Source: Phoronis australis (Eukaryota; Animalia; Phoronida). From it: a stretch of DNA of 64,000 nt. This document shows positions 63,481 through 64,000 of the stretch, piece by piece. The stretch is taken from the NCBI GenBank assembly GCA_002633005.1, contig NMRA01000014.1, positions 982,955 to 1,046,954 of the forward strand. The letters are read 5' to 3'. Numbering within the stretch: the stretch's first letter is position 1; each line of letters opens with the position of its first letter. A program made the position numbers and the translations under genes. The notes beneath the pieces are model-generated. The model had not been told where the DNA came from. It saw nothing but the letters and a program-made list of their open reading frames with translations, and did no database searches.

Positions 63481-64000
63481 CTGTGAATCACGCCAAGCGA
63501 AAGGCTTAACTATGGACTTAATTGATATTTGGATATGCCGGCGCCTGGATTTGGAAACAGCAGATTGATATCTAGATATGCCATAGCCTGGATTTAGAAA
63601 CCACTAACATCTGAAGTTGAAACTAAATGTTTTAATGAGAGTTTTAATCTCAGTTTAGGAGGTTGCTTGTTAGAATTATAATGTGAAAGTAATTATTTCT
63701 TTTCTGTTCACACATAAACTACAAAGCAAAGTGAACTTGGTCACCAAAATGACTTTTAAAAAGTAACTTATTTCTGTCATGTTCCAGACATCATGAAAAG
63801 AATCCTTCCCTGACACCCTAATCCATCGAGTTTGGGCAACTCCACCAGTTCCCTAACCTTAAAGTCCCTTTTATCTTCAAAAGTTGATGTTATCTTTTTG
63901 GGGTGATAAACCTGGGTAATCAGGCAGGAAATTGCCCATCATAAACATGGTTGTAAATACTGGGGCAACAATAGTATTTATTTTAAATTTTCATTTTGGA

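Overview
AT-rich, intron-rich animal DNA (invertebrate, probably lophotrochozoan; not prokaryotic). Reconstructed by hand from GT-AG exon chains: (1) 5' exons of a minus-strand membrane-protein gene running off the left edge; (2) a 20-exon plus-strand gene (6687-31567, ~1361 aa) in which a folate-receptor-family domain with its own GPI-like signal is joined, via a second internal signal peptide, to a complete alpha2delta/CACHD1-type VWA-Cache protein; (3) an ~11 kb transposon nest (33.3-44.8 kb) with two gag-only LTR elements, decayed Gypsy pol regions and two decayed DDE transposases; (4) a ZDHHC4-like palmitoyltransferase (minus strand); (5) a Helentron-type HINE and a minimal Penelope-type hammerhead ribozyme; (6) an unassigned, strongly structured ~400-nt ncRNA candidate (53889-54298); (7) a compact ZZZ3/Atac1-like gene. 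Many introns carry tandem copies of the adjacent exon-intron junction. Best leads: the folate-receptor/alpha2delta polyprotein-like fusion and the structured RNA. No searches or folding programs were run.
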